Shown here: positions 45,252 through 56,592 of the stretch, piece by piece
Position numbering within the stretch: position 1 is the stretch's first letter
How the letters are laid out: the number at the start of each line of letters is the position of its first letter
DNA from: Pararhizobium sp.
GTDB lineage: Bacteria > Pseudomonadota > Alphaproteobacteria > Rhizobiales > Rhizobiaceae
Assembly: GCF_030655075.1 (NCBI RefSeq)
Contig: NZ_JAURWE010000061.1
Length of the DNA stretch: 64,000 nt
Strand: one strand, 5' to 3'
Notes under the pieces: model-generated
The model's input: only the letters and a program-made list of their open reading frames with translations
Told to the model about the DNA's origin: nothing
Databases searched by the model: none
Made by a program: the position numbers and the translations under genes

Positions 45252-46720
45252 ACATAAGGGACCTGACCATGCTCGATAAGCCGAACCGCGTTGCCGTCGA
45301 CGCGCCCGCCCTTGATGGCGGCATCAAGAAGCCCAGCCTGGTGACCGTCGAACAGGCAAAGGCCATGAGCCTTGCCGACATGACGACCTTCTTCAAGGAC
45401 CATCTCAACCCCGGCCAGCTGCACTTCATGAAGCTTCTGGGCTTCAACAAGGTGAAGATCGAAAGCGCCGAAGGCATGTACTACACCGACCAGAACGGTC
45501 GGAAGATCCTCGACTTCTTCGGCGGTTTCGGCTCGCTCGCCTTCGGCCACAACCATCCGCGCATCATCGCCGCCCGCAAGGCCTTTCAGGACGAGAACCG
45601 GCACGAGATCGCCATTGCCTTCATGTCGCAATATGCGGCGGCCCTTGCCCGCAACCTGGCGCTGATTTCGCCCGGCGACCTCGACATGGTCTTCCTCGGC
45701 TCCTCGGGCTCCGAAGCCATGGAAGCCGCCATCAAGGTGGCCGAGCGTGCGGCCGGGCCGAAGCGCCCGCGCATCGTCTATGCGGAGAATTCGTTCCACG
45801 GCAAGACCAAGGGCGTGCTGTCGATCACCGACGGGCCGCTCTATCGCGGCGAATTCAAGCTGCTCGAAAACAACGTCAAGGTGCCGTTCGGCGACATCGA
45901 CGCCATCCGCAACGCCTTCGAGCGCGACCCGTCGATCGGCGTGCTGGTGCTCGAAACCATCCAGGGCGGCGGCGGCATCGTCTCGGCCCCGCCGGAATTC
46001 TGGCAGGACGTGCGCGCGCTCTGCGACAAACACGGCGTCATCTGGGTGGCCGACGAAGTCCAGTGCGGCATGGGCCGCTCCGGCCGCTTCTTCGCCTTTG
46101 AACATGCAGGCGTCGTGCCGGACGTGACGGCGCTTGCCAAGTCGCTCGGCGGCGGCAAGACGGCGATGGCGGCGATGATCGCCCGTCGCGACATCTACAT
46201 GAAGGCCTATGGCACGCCGAAGACGGCGCTGATCCACGGCCACGCCACCTTCGGCGGCATCGGCGAGGCCTGCATCACGGCGATCGAAGGCCTCAACATC
46301 ATGTATGACGAGGACCTGATCGAGAACGCTGCCGTGCAGGGCGACTATCTGCTCGAACGGCTGAAGGCGCTGCAGGAAAAATATCCGAAGATCATCAAGG
46401 ATGTGCGCGGGCAGGGGCTCATGGTCGGCCTGGAGTTCCAGGACTTCAGCCAGACGCTGCCGATGGTGCTGCGCCCGGTCGTGGCGATGCTCGACGACAA
46501 GCTCAAGGGCTCGCTCTCCGGCTTCATCGGCGCGCTGCTCCTGCGCGACTACAACACGCTGGTGGCGTTTACCGAGTATAACCGCAACGTCATCCGCCTC
46601 GAGCCGCCGCTGATCTGCGAACGCAGCCATGTCGACCAGTTCGTCGATGCCCTCGACAACCTGCTTGACCGCGGCATCGTCCGCATCGTCAAGGACTTCG
46701 TCGGCAGCCAGATCGGCTGA
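45248..46720 (+). CDS. class-III (omega-type) PLP-dependent aminotransferase
   Basis: [14 protein letters not shown]...[10 protein letters not shown]...[18 protein letters not shown]...LAKSLGGG (PLP Lys). ATGA overlap with the SDR gene. Confidence 0.85.
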   Translation: MNIRDLTMLDKPNRVAVDAPALDGGIKKPSLVTVEQAKAMSLADMTTFFKDHLNPGQLHFMKLLGFNKVKIESAEGMYYTDQNGRKILDFFGGFGSLAFGHNHPRIIAARKAFQDENRHEIAIAFMSQYAAALARNLALISPGDLDMVFLGSSGSEAMEAAIKVAERAAGPKRPRIVYAENSFHGKTKGVLSITDGPLYRGEFKLLENNVKVPFGDIDAIRNAFERDPSIGVLVLETIQGGGGIVSAPPEFWQDVRALCDKHGVIWVADEVQCGMGRSGRFFAFEHAGVVPDVTALAKSLGGGKTAMAAMIARRDIYMKAYGTPKTALIHGHATFGGIGEACITAIEGLNIMYDEDLIENAAVQGDYLLERLKALQEKYPKIIKDVRGQGLMVGLEFQDFSQTLPMVLRPVVAMLDDKLKGSLSGFIGALLLRDYNTLVAFTEYNRNVIRLEPPLICERSHVDQFVDALDNLLDRGIVRIVKDFVGSQIG

Positions 46721-46742
46721 GCGGAATTCGACAGCAACAGGC

Positions 46743-46775
46743 AAGCCGGCGGTCTCCGCCGGCTTTTGCGTTTTC
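46743..46775 (+). terminator. rho-independent terminator after the five-gene operon
   Basis: AAGCCGGCGG-TCT-CCGCCGGCTT followed by TTGCGTTTT. Confidence 0.8.
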
Positions 46776-46854
46776 AGGTGATGACGCTTCTCTTGGCCCG
46801 CTATATTTGTTAAGCGCTCTCCCGACCGAAATACACCAACCGCAGGAAAACGCG

Positions 46855-47625
46855 ATGACCCCCGATGTGCGCCCGCTTGTTGCCGGAAACTGGAAAATGA
46901 ATGGGGTGCGCGCTTCGCTCGACCAGATCAAGGCCATGGCCGAGGGTGTGAAAGGGGAGCTTTCGGCCAAGGTTGAGACGCTGATCTGCCCGCCCTCGAC
47001 GCTGCTCTATGTGGCAACTGCGCTCTGCGACGACAGCCCCTTAAAGATCGGCGGCCAGGATTGCCATCAGGATGCGTCCGGAGCCCACACCGGCGACGTC
47101 TCGGCCGAGATGATTGCCGACTGCTTCGGAACCCATGTCATCGTCGGCCATTCCGAGCGCCGCACCGACCATAAGGAAAGCGATGAGCTGGTGCGTGTGA
47201 AGGCCGGGCGCGCGTTCGAGGCCGATCTGGTCGCCATCATCTGCATCGGCGAGACCGGTGACGAGCGCAAGGCGGGCGCGACGCTCGAGGTGCTGAAGCG
47301 CCAGCTCGCCGGCTCCGTGCCGGACAGTGCCACGGCCGCTAGCACCGTCATTGCCTATGAGCCGGTCTGGGCGATCGGCACGGGGCTGACGCCGACGGCC
47401 AAGGATATCGAGGAGGCACATGCCTTCATGCGCGCCGAACTGGTGGCGCGTTTTGCCGGCGAGGGCGCCAAAATGCGCATTCTCTACGGCGGATCGGTCA
47501 AGCCCGGCAATGCCGCCGAGCTGATGGGTGTCGCCAATGTCGATGGCGCGCTGATCGGTGGCGCCAGCTTGAAAGCATCAGACTTCCTCGCCATCTATGG
47601 CGCATATGCCGCATTGACCGCCTGA
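46855..47625 (+). CDS. tpiA: triosephosphate isomerase
   Basis: [10 protein letters not shown]...VGHSERR...[11 protein letters not shown]...GGASL. Confidence 0.93.
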   Translation: MTPDVRPLVAGNWKMNGVRASLDQIKAMAEGVKGELSAKVETLICPPSTLLYVATALCDDSPLKIGGQDCHQDASGAHTGDVSAEMIADCFGTHVIVGHSERRTDHKESDELVRVKAGRAFEADLVAIICIGETGDERKAGATLEVLKRQLAGSVPDSATAASTVIAYEPVWAIGTGLTPTAKDIEEAHAFMRAELVARFAGEGAKMRILYGGSVKPGNAAELMGVANVDGALIGGASLKASDFLAIYGAYAALTA

Positions 47626-47723
47626 TCGCGTAAGAGCCGGCATCAGGGGCTTTTAAAGCGCGGTCGCTTGGTATATGCAGCCGCCAACACCGAAATTGTG
47701 CCACCACGGCAGGACTGGACCAA

Positions 47724-48245
47724 ATGCAGACCGTATTGCTTGTCATCTATCTCATGGTTGTTCTCGTGCTGATCGGCGTCGTGCTGATCCAGCGCTCCGA
47801 AGGTGGCGGCCTCGGCATCGGCGGCGGCTCCGGCTTCATGTCGGCACGCGGCACGGCCAACGCCCTGACGCGCACCACCGCGATCCTCGCGGCGCTGTTT
47901 TTCATCCTGGCGCTCGGCATGGGCATCCTTGCCCGCTACGACCGCCAGCCGACCGACATCCTCGACCGCATCCCGCAGACACAGGGCACCGGCAACGGCG
48001 TTCTCGACTCGCTCGGCGGCGAAACCCCTGCTGGTGAAACGCCTGCCGGCGGTGCCGATGGCGCCAACAATGCCGTGCCGAACGACGGCGGTGCTGCCGA
48101 CACGACCGGTGCGCAGCCGGCCACCACCACCACGGGCACGGACACCAAGACCGAGACCCCAGCGACAACCGACACCGGCAAGACCGACACGAAGACCACG
48201 CCGGACACGACGACGCCTGACACGGGCGTTCCAAGCGGCCAGTAA
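47724..48245 (+). CDS. secG: preprotein translocase subunit SecG with an extended Thr/Pro/Asp-rich tail
   Basis: MQTVLLVIYLMVVLVLIGVVLIQRSEGGGLG...TRTTAILAALFFILALGMGIL is the SecG core, followed by a low-complexity tail of about 75 aa (ETPAGETPAG, TDTKTETPATTDTGKTDTKTTPDTTTPDT). Confidence 0.85.
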   Translation: MQTVLLVIYLMVVLVLIGVVLIQRSEGGGLGIGGGSGFMSARGTANALTRTTAILAALFFILALGMGILARYDRQPTDILDRIPQTQGTGNGVLDSLGGETPAGETPAGGADGANNAVPNDGGAADTTGAQPATTTTGTDTKTETPATTDTGKTDTKTTPDTTTPDTGVPSGQ

Positions 48246-48268
48246 AAAGGCCCGGCCCAGACCATCAG

Positions 48269-48307
48269 CCGGCAGATGATCCTTTGCTCATCTGCCGGTT
48301 TTCTTTT
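48269..48307 (+). terminator. rho-independent terminator after secG
   Basis: CCGGCAGATGA - 8 nt - TCATCTGCCGG followed by TTTTCTTTT. Confidence 0.85.
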
Positions 48308-48309
48308 GA

Positions 48310-50025
<1,716 letters not shown>

Positions 50026-50049
50026 GGGTCTCGAAATCGCGGAGGGTTT

Positions 50050-50095
50050 ACCCCCCTCTGTCACTTCGTGACATCTCCCCCTCAAGGGGGGAGAT
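50050..50095 (+). repeat. type-2 double-hairpin repeat unit, copy C
   Basis: ACCCCCCTCTGTCACTTCGTGACATCTCCCCCTCAAGGGGGGAGAT. It is the same as copy A except for a compensatory change in hairpin 1 (GTCAC-TTC-GTGAC). Confidence 0.9.
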
Positions 50096-50162
50096 CGTTC
50101 TTTTCTATCGCGCTGTATGTCTAAAAGGCTAACTCCGTGAGGCGGACACAAGGGGTGCGACT

Positions 50163-50211
50163 AATCTCCCCCCTTGAGGGGGAGATGTCGGCGTCGCCGA
50201 CAGAGGGGGGT
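50163..50211 (-). repeat. type-2 double-hairpin repeat unit, copy D (inverted relative to copy C)
   Basis: AATCTCCCCCCTTGAGGGGGAGATGTCGGCGTCGCCGACAGAGGGGGGT. Hairpin 1 is replaced by GTCGGC-GTC-GCCGAC. It lies 67 bp from copy C. Confidence 0.9.
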
Positions 50212-50270
50212 GTCGCTCCGCGCACTCCGGGGCAAACCAATGCCTACGCACTACTCACCATTCGCCCCCC

Positions 50271-51986
50271 TTAAAGCCTCAACGCCCACACAGTCGCATG
50301 TGTCACCGTGCCCTGTGCCGCCATCAGCCTTGCCGAGCGCACCGGCTCGAACCCCTTGATCCGTTTGGTGCCGGTCCAGCGGCCGTCGTCGGCAAAGACC
50401 TCGATGGAGCCGTAGTCCACGAAGATGCGCAGGCGGCGGGGGCGGGCGCCGGCGGCGATGTAGTGGGGCGAGGGCGCGCCATCACCGGTGTCGTAGCGGA
50501 TGGCGAGGCCGGCCTCGTCGAGAACAACAGCCAGGTGCACTTCGGGATGCTGGAACTCCAGCGTGAAGGGCGCGCCCGGTGCGTCGAGCTCGAAGAAGAG
50601 CTCGACCGCGCCGTTGAGGAAGCTGACCGGATCGCCGGCGGCCAGCCTTGTGCGGTCGAGAATGTGGCTGCGCAGGCTTTCTGCCGCCCCGATCGGCGGC
50701 GTGTGCAGGTCGCCGTTCGACAGGTGCAGGCGGCGCGGCAGGGTCATCGCCGTGGGGAAATCGATGGTCGGGCCCGTATCGGCCCAGTTGGCGAGCCAGC
50801 CCATGCCGACGATCGTGTCGCCATCGACGAAGGCCTGGAAGGCATAATTGTCGGTGCCGAAATCCAGCTCTTTCTCGAACTCCTTGATGAAGGTTCTGCC
50901 GTCGAACCAGCCGACCGAGGCGATGGTGAGGTTCTTGCGGCCGGTCGCCGCGTCCTCGCTGGTCATAAGGCCATAGAGCAGCACCCAGCGGGTCGAGGGA
51001 TTGGTGGCGGGGCCGTCGATCGGCAGCAGGCAGGGGCACTCGATCGCCGTCGTCGTGTAGCGGTGCTCGACCAGCAGCTTGCCGATGAAGGTCCAGCCTG
51101 TGGCGGCGGTGCGGTCCTCGGTCTCGTAGAGCAGGATGACGCCGCCCGCATCGCTCTGACTGCCGAGCAGCATCTTCCACAGGCCGTCCGGCCCGCGAAA
51201 GACGTATGGGTCGCGGAAGTCGCTGGTCAGGCCCTGGTCGACCGGCCGGTGCGGCAGGATGACATCGGCCCTGCCGGCCATGATCAGGTCGCCGGATGTG
51301 GCGGTGAGCTGGATCTGCTGCTCGGGCTGGCGGTCCTGCACCTGTTCGGTGAAGAAGACGCGAATGCCCGGACCATCGGGTAGCGGCACGGCCGAGCCGG
51401 AAAAGGCACCGCCGCGCTTGTCGGGCCGTGCCGTCAGATCTTCGGATGGGAAAAGGAAGATCGGCAGGTGGCGCCAGCGCAGATAGTCCGGCGACACCGC
51501 ATGGCCCCAGTGCATCGTGTTCCAGGTGAGCCCATGCGAATAGTGCTGGTAGAACAGGTGCGGGCGGCCATCGAAACGGCCAAAGCCGTTCGGATCGTTC
51601 ATCCAGCCGAAGGGCGGGCGGAAATGGTAGCTGCCGGGAACGTTCGGCGGGGCGTTGCCGGGGTTGGTATGGAGCACCGTGATGCCCGTATCCAGCACAT
51701 CCGACGGCGTGAACCAGTAGGCGACGGAAACGGCAGTCTGGTCGATGTCATAGCTGAGATCGACGCCGCCGCCGCCGAAGACGTGGAAGATGCGGAATTC
51801 GTATTCCTCCGGATTGGTGACGAGCACCTCGCCGAACTTGCCGTTGACGTTCGAAAACGAGATCGAGCCCGGCCCCTCCGCCGAGGTCGCCTTCAGCCAC
51901 AGGTGCAGCGTGGCGTTGACGGGCAGTTCGACATAGAGCGTGCGCAATGTCCTGACGGTTGTGGGAGCTGGCTGGTTGACGTTCAT
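50271..51986 (-). CDS. glycoside hydrolase family 32 (beta-fructofuranosidase/levanase-like) with an N-terminal extension of about 130 aa
   Basis: GH32 catalytic motifs WMNDPNG, FRDPYVF (RDP) and AIECPC (EC). GGAGGA SD before the ATG at 51986. No signal peptide. Confidence 0.85.
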   Translation of the reverse strand: MNVNQPAPTTVRTLRTLYVELPVNATLHLWLKATSAEGPGSISFSNVNGKFGEVLVTNPEEYEFRIFHVFGGGGVDLSYDIDQTAVSVAYWFTPSDVLDTGITVLHTNPGNAPPNVPGSYHFRPPFGWMNDPNGFGRFDGRPHLFYQHYSHGLTWNTMHWGHAVSPDYLRWRHLPIFLFPSEDLTARPDKRGGAFSGSAVPLPDGPGIRVFFTEQVQDRQPEQQIQLTATSGDLIMAGRADVILPHRPVDQGLTSDFRDPYVFRGPDGLWKMLLGSQSDAGGVILLYETEDRTAATGWTFIGKLLVEHRYTTTAIECPCLLPIDGPATNPSTRWVLLYGLMTSEDAATGRKNLTIASVGWFDGRTFIKEFEKELDFGTDNYAFQAFVDGDTIVGMGWLANWADTGPTIDFPTAMTLPRRLHLSNGDLHTPPIGAAESLRSHILDRTRLAAGDPVSFLNGAVELFFELDAPGAPFTLEFQHPEVHLAVVLDEAGLAIRYDTGDGAPSPHYIAAGARPRRLRIFVDYGSIEVFADDGRWTGTKRIKGFEPVRSARLMAAQGTVTHATVWALRL

Positions 51987-52314
51987 GAACCCGATCCTCC
52001 GTTTTTTCTGCCCTGCGGGAATGACATAGGGGCCATCAGGCAAACGGAAAGACCGGCGGGCAGCATTGCTGCGCATGGAGCGCGCGCGGCCCGATCAGCC
52101 GTGCTGCCGCTTTTGTCCCGTTTTCTGGCCTGCCGGCGTCTTATCGCTTGATCTTGACGCCGTCAGGAGGCAAGTGCAGGGGGCGGCGGCCGTAGCCCGC
52201 CCCGAGCGTCCTGCCATTGGCGAACTCCGGATACCTGTCGTGGAACAATCCTATCAGATGCCGCTTACGGACAACAGCGATCTTGCCATCGAGGCGGAAG
52301 AGACCGGCGGCGTG

Positions 52315-53142
52315 ATGCCGGCGATTTTTGCCGCCATGCCGCAATCGGTCAGCTTCAACAAGCTGCGCAAGCGGCTGCTGCGCCAGACACGGCAGGCGAT
52401 CGACGATTTCGGCATGCTGGGTGGTGGCACCAGGCGCTGGCTGGTCGGCCTTTCGGGTGGCAAGGACAGCTACGCGCTGCTGGCGATCCTGATGGATCTG
52501 CAATGGCGCGGCCTGCTGCCGGTCGAACTCATCGCCTGCAACCTCGACCAGGGCCAGCCGAATTTTCCCAAACACGTCCTGCCGGACTATCTGACCTCGA
52601 TCGGCGTCAAGCACCGGATCGAATATCGCGACACCTATTCCATCGTGAAGGAGAAGGTGCCCGCCGGTGGCACCTATTGCGCCCTCTGTTCGCGCCTGCG
52701 CCGCGGCAATCTCTACCGCATTGCCCGCGAGGAGGGCTGTGACGCACTGGTGCTCGGCCATCACCGCGAGGACATTCTCGAAACCTTCTTCATGAATTTT
52801 TTCCACGGCGGGCGGCTGGCGACCATGCCTGCGAAGCTTTTGAACGACGATGGTGATGTCATGCTGCTGCGGCCGCTGGCCTACGCGGCGGAAGACGATC
52901 TGGCAAAGTTCGCCGCCGCCATGGAATTCCCGATCATTCCCTGCGATCTCTGCGGCTCGCAAGACGGGCTGGAACGCAATGCGATGAAGGCGATGCTGTC
53001 GGGCATCGAGGCGCGCATGCCGGGCCGCAAGGACACGATGCTGCGGGCGCTGGGACATGTGAACCCCTCGCATCTGCTCGATCCCAAGCTTTTCGATTTC
53101 AAATCCCTTCTGCCGGAGCCCAAAGATGACCAGGATCGTTGA
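52315..53142 (+). CDS. ttcA: tRNA 2-thiocytidine biosynthesis protein TtcA
   Basis: PP-loop [30 protein letters not shown], and the C-terminal CDLCGSQ. The start is chosen at 52315; 52336 is also possible. Confidence 0.85.
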   Translation: MPAIFAAMPQSVSFNKLRKRLLRQTRQAIDDFGMLGGGTRRWLVGLSGGKDSYALLAILMDLQWRGLLPVELIACNLDQGQPNFPKHVLPDYLTSIGVKHRIEYRDTYSIVKEKVPAGGTYCALCSRLRRGNLYRIAREEGCDALVLGHHREDILETFFMNFFHGGRLATMPAKLLNDDGDVMLLRPLAYAAEDDLAKFAAAMEFPIIPCDLCGSQDGLERNAMKAMLSGIEARMPGRKDTMLRALGHVNPSHLLDPKLFDFKSLLPEPKDDQDR

Positions 53143-53950
53143 TGTTGCCGCCCTCGCGGACCTGATGCACGAGGCGTCGCGCATCGAGATCATGCCGCGC
53201 TTCCGCAATCTCGGCGATGGCGATATCCGCATCAAGACCGAGGCGATCGATCTGGTGACGGAAGGCGACGAGGCGGCCGAGCGCTACATCAAGGCGCGCA
53301 TCGATGCGATTGCGCCGGGTGCGCTCTTCGTCGGCGAGGAGTCCGTCGCCAAGGACCCGGACCTGCTCTACAGGATCAAGGACGCCGATCTGTCCGTCAT
53401 CGTCGATCCGATCGACGGTACCTTCAACTTCGCTGCCGGCGTGCCGCTGTTCGGCGTCATGGCCGCTGTCGTGTCGAAGGGCGAGACCATTGCCGGGATC
53501 ATCTACGATCCGCTCGGCCAGGACTGGATGATTGCCGAAAAAGGCGCCGGCGCCTGGACGCACCGTGCTGACGGATCGAAGATCCGCATGACGGTGACCG
53601 AGCCGGTCCCGCTTGAAAATATGGTCGGCTGCGCCTCGACCGGTTTCTATCCGCCGGACGAGCGCCGAACCGTCATGAGCAATCTCGCCAAGGTGCGCGT
53701 TTCGGCCAGCTACCGCTGTGCCTGCCACGAATACCGCACGCTTGCCGCCGGTTACTTTCACTTCCTGATGTACAACAAGTTGATGCCCTGGGACCACCTG
53801 GCCGGAACCTTGATCTGCCAGGAAGCCGGCGCCCACGTCGCCCGCTTCGACGGCTCGCCCTATCTGCCGCACCATGTCGATGGCGGCCTGCTGGTGGCCA
53901 CCGACCGCGACAGCTGGCAGATACTGCGCGACGAGGTCTTTACGGTCTGA
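53126..53950 (+). CDS. inositol monophosphatase-family protein
   Basis: VTEGDEAAE..., [25 protein letters not shown]. Confidence 0.85.
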   Translation: MTRIVDVAALADLMHEASRIEIMPRFRNLGDGDIRIKTEAIDLVTEGDEAAERYIKARIDAIAPGALFVGEESVAKDPDLLYRIKDADLSVIVDPIDGTFNFAAGVPLFGVMAAVVSKGETIAGIIYDPLGQDWMIAEKGAGAWTHRADGSKIRMTVTEPVPLENMVGCASTGFYPPDERRTVMSNLAKVRVSASYRCACHEYRTLAAGYFHFLMYNKLMPWDHLAGTLICQEAGAHVARFDGSPYLPHHVDGGLLVATDRDSWQILRDEVFTV

Positions 53951-53971
53951 GCCAACAGCGCTTGCAATAAG

Positions 53972-54008
53972 AATGCCCGCGCGGGAGACCTGCGCGGGCA
54001 TTTTTGTT
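53972..54008. terminator. terminator between the convergent IMPase and MFS genes
   Basis: ATGCCCGCGC - 9 nt - GCGCGGGCAT followed by TTTTTG. Confidence 0.8.
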
Positions 54009-54023
54009 TGCGTAACTTGCGGA

Positions 54024-55328
54024 TTACATATGGCCGCCGCCGAGGCCCTCGGCCGGTTCGGCGCCGTCGCCCGGATGGGTGAAGAGCTTGCCGCCTTCGG
54101 CCCACAGCGTGGCGGCGATGGTCACCAGTCCGAAGATCATGAACGCAGCGAACAGCGGCTGCACCGTGCCATTGAACATCTGGCCCACAAGGCCGCCGAG
54201 CAGGGCGCCGCCGGTGGTCGAGACGAAGCCGGTGATCGCGGTCGCCGTTCCCGCCAGTTCCCCCATCGGCTCGAGGCTGATGGCGGTGAAATTGGTGGTG
54301 ATCACGGCAAACATGATCAGGAGAACCGAAAACAGGCCATAGGCGATGAGGAAGGGCGGCCTGCCCAGCAGCGACAGCGCAAAACCGGCGGCCGCAAGGA
54401 TTGTGAACAGGATCATCGCCACATGCGAAATGCTCCGCATGCCGAAACTGCGGACGAAATAGCCGTTGGCGAAATTGGCAATGGCGATGCCGCCGGCGGT
54501 TCCTGCAAAGGCGAGCGGCAACCAATCACCGAGACCGTAGACCTCGCCAAAAATCTGCTGGACCGTGACGATATAGGCGCAGATGACGGCCGTGAACAGC
54601 GTCGTGCCGATCATGTAGCCGCAGGTGATGCGGTTGCCGAGCACCGCACCGAAGCCCGAGGTCACCGACTTGACCGACAGCGGCCGCCGTTCGCCGGCAG
54701 GAAGCGATTCCTTGATGCGTGTCAGCGCCCAGATGAAGAGCACCGCACCGGCAAGGCCGAGCGCCAGAAAAATCCAGTGCCAGCTCGCATTGACGACGAT
54801 CAGCTGGCCGATCGACGGGGCGACGATGGGCACGATCATGAAGACGATGAAGACATAGGACATGACCCGCGCCATCTCGCGGCCGCCGAAACAGTCGCGC
54901 ACGATCGCCATGGTGGTGATGCGGATGGCGGCAGCGCCGACCCCTTGGGCGAAGCGCAGCACCAGCAGCGCCTCGAAGCTGGTGGTGAAGGCCGTGGCCA
55001 GCATGGTCAGCGTGAAGAAGGCGAGGCCGCTGAGCAGCAGCGTGCGGCGCCCGAACGCATCTGAAAGGCTGCCGAAGAAGATCTGCGACAGGCCGAAGCC
55101 GAAAAAGAACACGGCAATGATCAGCTGCGTGTCGTTGGTGTTGGCGACCTTGAGCGCCTGGCCGATGCTGGGCAGCGCCGGCAGCATAATGTCGATGGCC
55201 ATGGCGACGCTGGCCGTCATCAGGGCGATGGTGATGACGAATTCGAAAAAGCCGAGGCCGATGCGGGCCGAGCCGCCTGTCTCGGGTGTTGGAGCGGCTG
55301 TTGTTTCAATGGACGTCATGGAGGGCAT
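54024..55328 (-). CDS. MFS transporter, Bcr/CflA-type drug-resistance family (copy 2)
   Basis: 12-TM pattern. LSDAFGRRTLLL (MFS motif A region). Paralogous to the upstream gene. Confidence 0.8.
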   Translation of the reverse strand: MPSMTSIETTAAPTPETGGSARIGLGFFEFVITIALMTASVAMAIDIMLPALPSIGQALKVANTNDTQLIIAVFFFGFGLSQIFFGSLSDAFGRRTLLLSGLAFFTLTMLATAFTTSFEALLVLRFAQGVGAAAIRITTMAIVRDCFGGREMARVMSYVFIVFMIVPIVAPSIGQLIVVNASWHWIFLALGLAGAVLFIWALTRIKESLPAGERRPLSVKSVTSGFGAVLGNRITCGYMIGTTLFTAVICAYIVTVQQIFGEVYGLGDWLPLAFAGTAGGIAIANFANGYFVRSFGMRSISHVAMILFTILAAAGFALSLLGRPPFLIAYGLFSVLLIMFAVITTNFTAISLEPMGELAGTATAITGFVSTTGGALLGGLVGQMFNGTVQPLFAAFMIFGLVTIAATLWAEGGKLFTHPGDGAEPAEGLGGGHM

Positions 55329-56592
55329 TACCTTGTGCAGCGGTTCCGTCAGCGGAGCCCGTCTGTTCGTTGTGAGGTCTGAAGAGTTTGCCGTTTTCGG
55401 CGATGAACACGAAGATCAGGCCCAGCACCGAGACGATGAGGAAACCGACGGCAAGCGGCGTCACCGTGCCGTCGAAGGCCTGGCCGATGGCAGCACCTAT
55501 GAGGGCGCCGCCGATGGTCTGGCTGAAACCGAGAACGGATGAGGCGGTACCCGCCACCGCGCCGAGCGGCTCCATCGCCATCGAATTGAAGTTCGGCGCG
55601 ATGATGCCGAACTGCATCAGCGCCAGGCCGTAGATGATCGCGAACAGCCAGAAGGGCACTGAGCCCAGCAGGGCAGAACCGGCAAAAACCGCGCTGATCA
55701 GCGCGAAGAGAATGAGCGCCGTATGCGACAGCCGCCGCATGCCGAAGCGTTGCACCAGCCGCGAATTGGCGAACGAGGCAATCGCCATCATGCTGGCAAA
55801 GCCCGCAAAGGCGAGCGGAAACCAGACGCCGAGACCATAGATGCCGACGAGGATCTGCTGGGCGGAGTTGATGAAGCCGAACAGCGAGCCGAAGATGACG
55901 GAGGTGCCGATGTTGTAGAAAAGCGACGTGCGGTTGGTGAGCACGATGCGGAAGGCGCCGGACACCGACGCGATGCTGAGAGGGCGGCGGTGTTCGGGCG
56001 CCAGTGTTTCCGGGAGGCGGGTATAGACCATGACGGCGACGAACAGGCCGTAAAGGCCGATGAAGACGAAGATCATGTGCCACTCGGCAAACAGCATGAT
56101 GCCCTGGCCGATCGACGGCGCGATGACCGGGATGATCATGAACACCATCATGACCAGCGACATGATTTCGGCCATCTGACGGCCGCCGTAGATGTCGCGC
56201 ACGACGGAGACAGCAATGACGCGTGTCGCTGCGGCGCCGACGCCCTGCATGAGGCGCAACGCCAGAAGACCGGCAAAGCTCGGCACCAGCGCGATCGAAA
56301 AGGCGCAGACCACATAGATGCCGATACCCGCCAGCAGCGGCGCCTTGCGGCCATACCGGTCCGACAGCGGTCCGAAGGCGAGCTGCGCCACGCCCATGCC
56401 GATCAGATAGGCCGAAATGACATATTGGCGGTGGTTCTCGTCGGTGACGCCGAGGCTGGCACCGATCTGCTGCAGGCCCGGCAGCATGATGTCGATGGCC
56501 AGCGCATTGATGGCCATCAGCATGGCGGTCAGTGCGATGAATTCATATTTCGACGGCACGGCGATCGTGTGTCCCTGTGGCGATATAGTCAT
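55306..56592 (-). CDS. MFS transporter, Bcr/CflA-type drug-resistance family (copy 1)
   Basis: Start chosen at MTISPQGH (56592). LSDRYGRKAPLL. 12-TM pattern. The 3' end overlaps the start of the next MFS gene. Confidence 0.8.
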   Translation of the reverse strand: MTISPQGHTIAVPSKYEFIALTAMLMAINALAIDIMLPGLQQIGASLGVTDENHRQYVISAYLIGMGVAQLAFGPLSDRYGRKAPLLAGIGIYVVCAFSIALVPSFAGLLALRLMQGVGAAATRVIAVSVVRDIYGGRQMAEIMSLVMMVFMIIPVIAPSIGQGIMLFAEWHMIFVFIGLYGLFVAVMVYTRLPETLAPEHRRPLSIASVSGAFRIVLTNRTSLFYNIGTSVIFGSLFGFINSAQQILVGIYGLGVWFPLAFAGFASMMAIASFANSRLVQRFGMRRLSHTALILFALISAVFAGSALLGSVPFWLFAIIYGLALMQFGIIAPNFNSMAMEPLGAVAGTASSVLGFSQTIGGALIGAAIGQAFDGTVTPLAVGFLIVSVLGLIFVFIAENGKLFRPHNEQTGSADGTAAQGNALHDVH

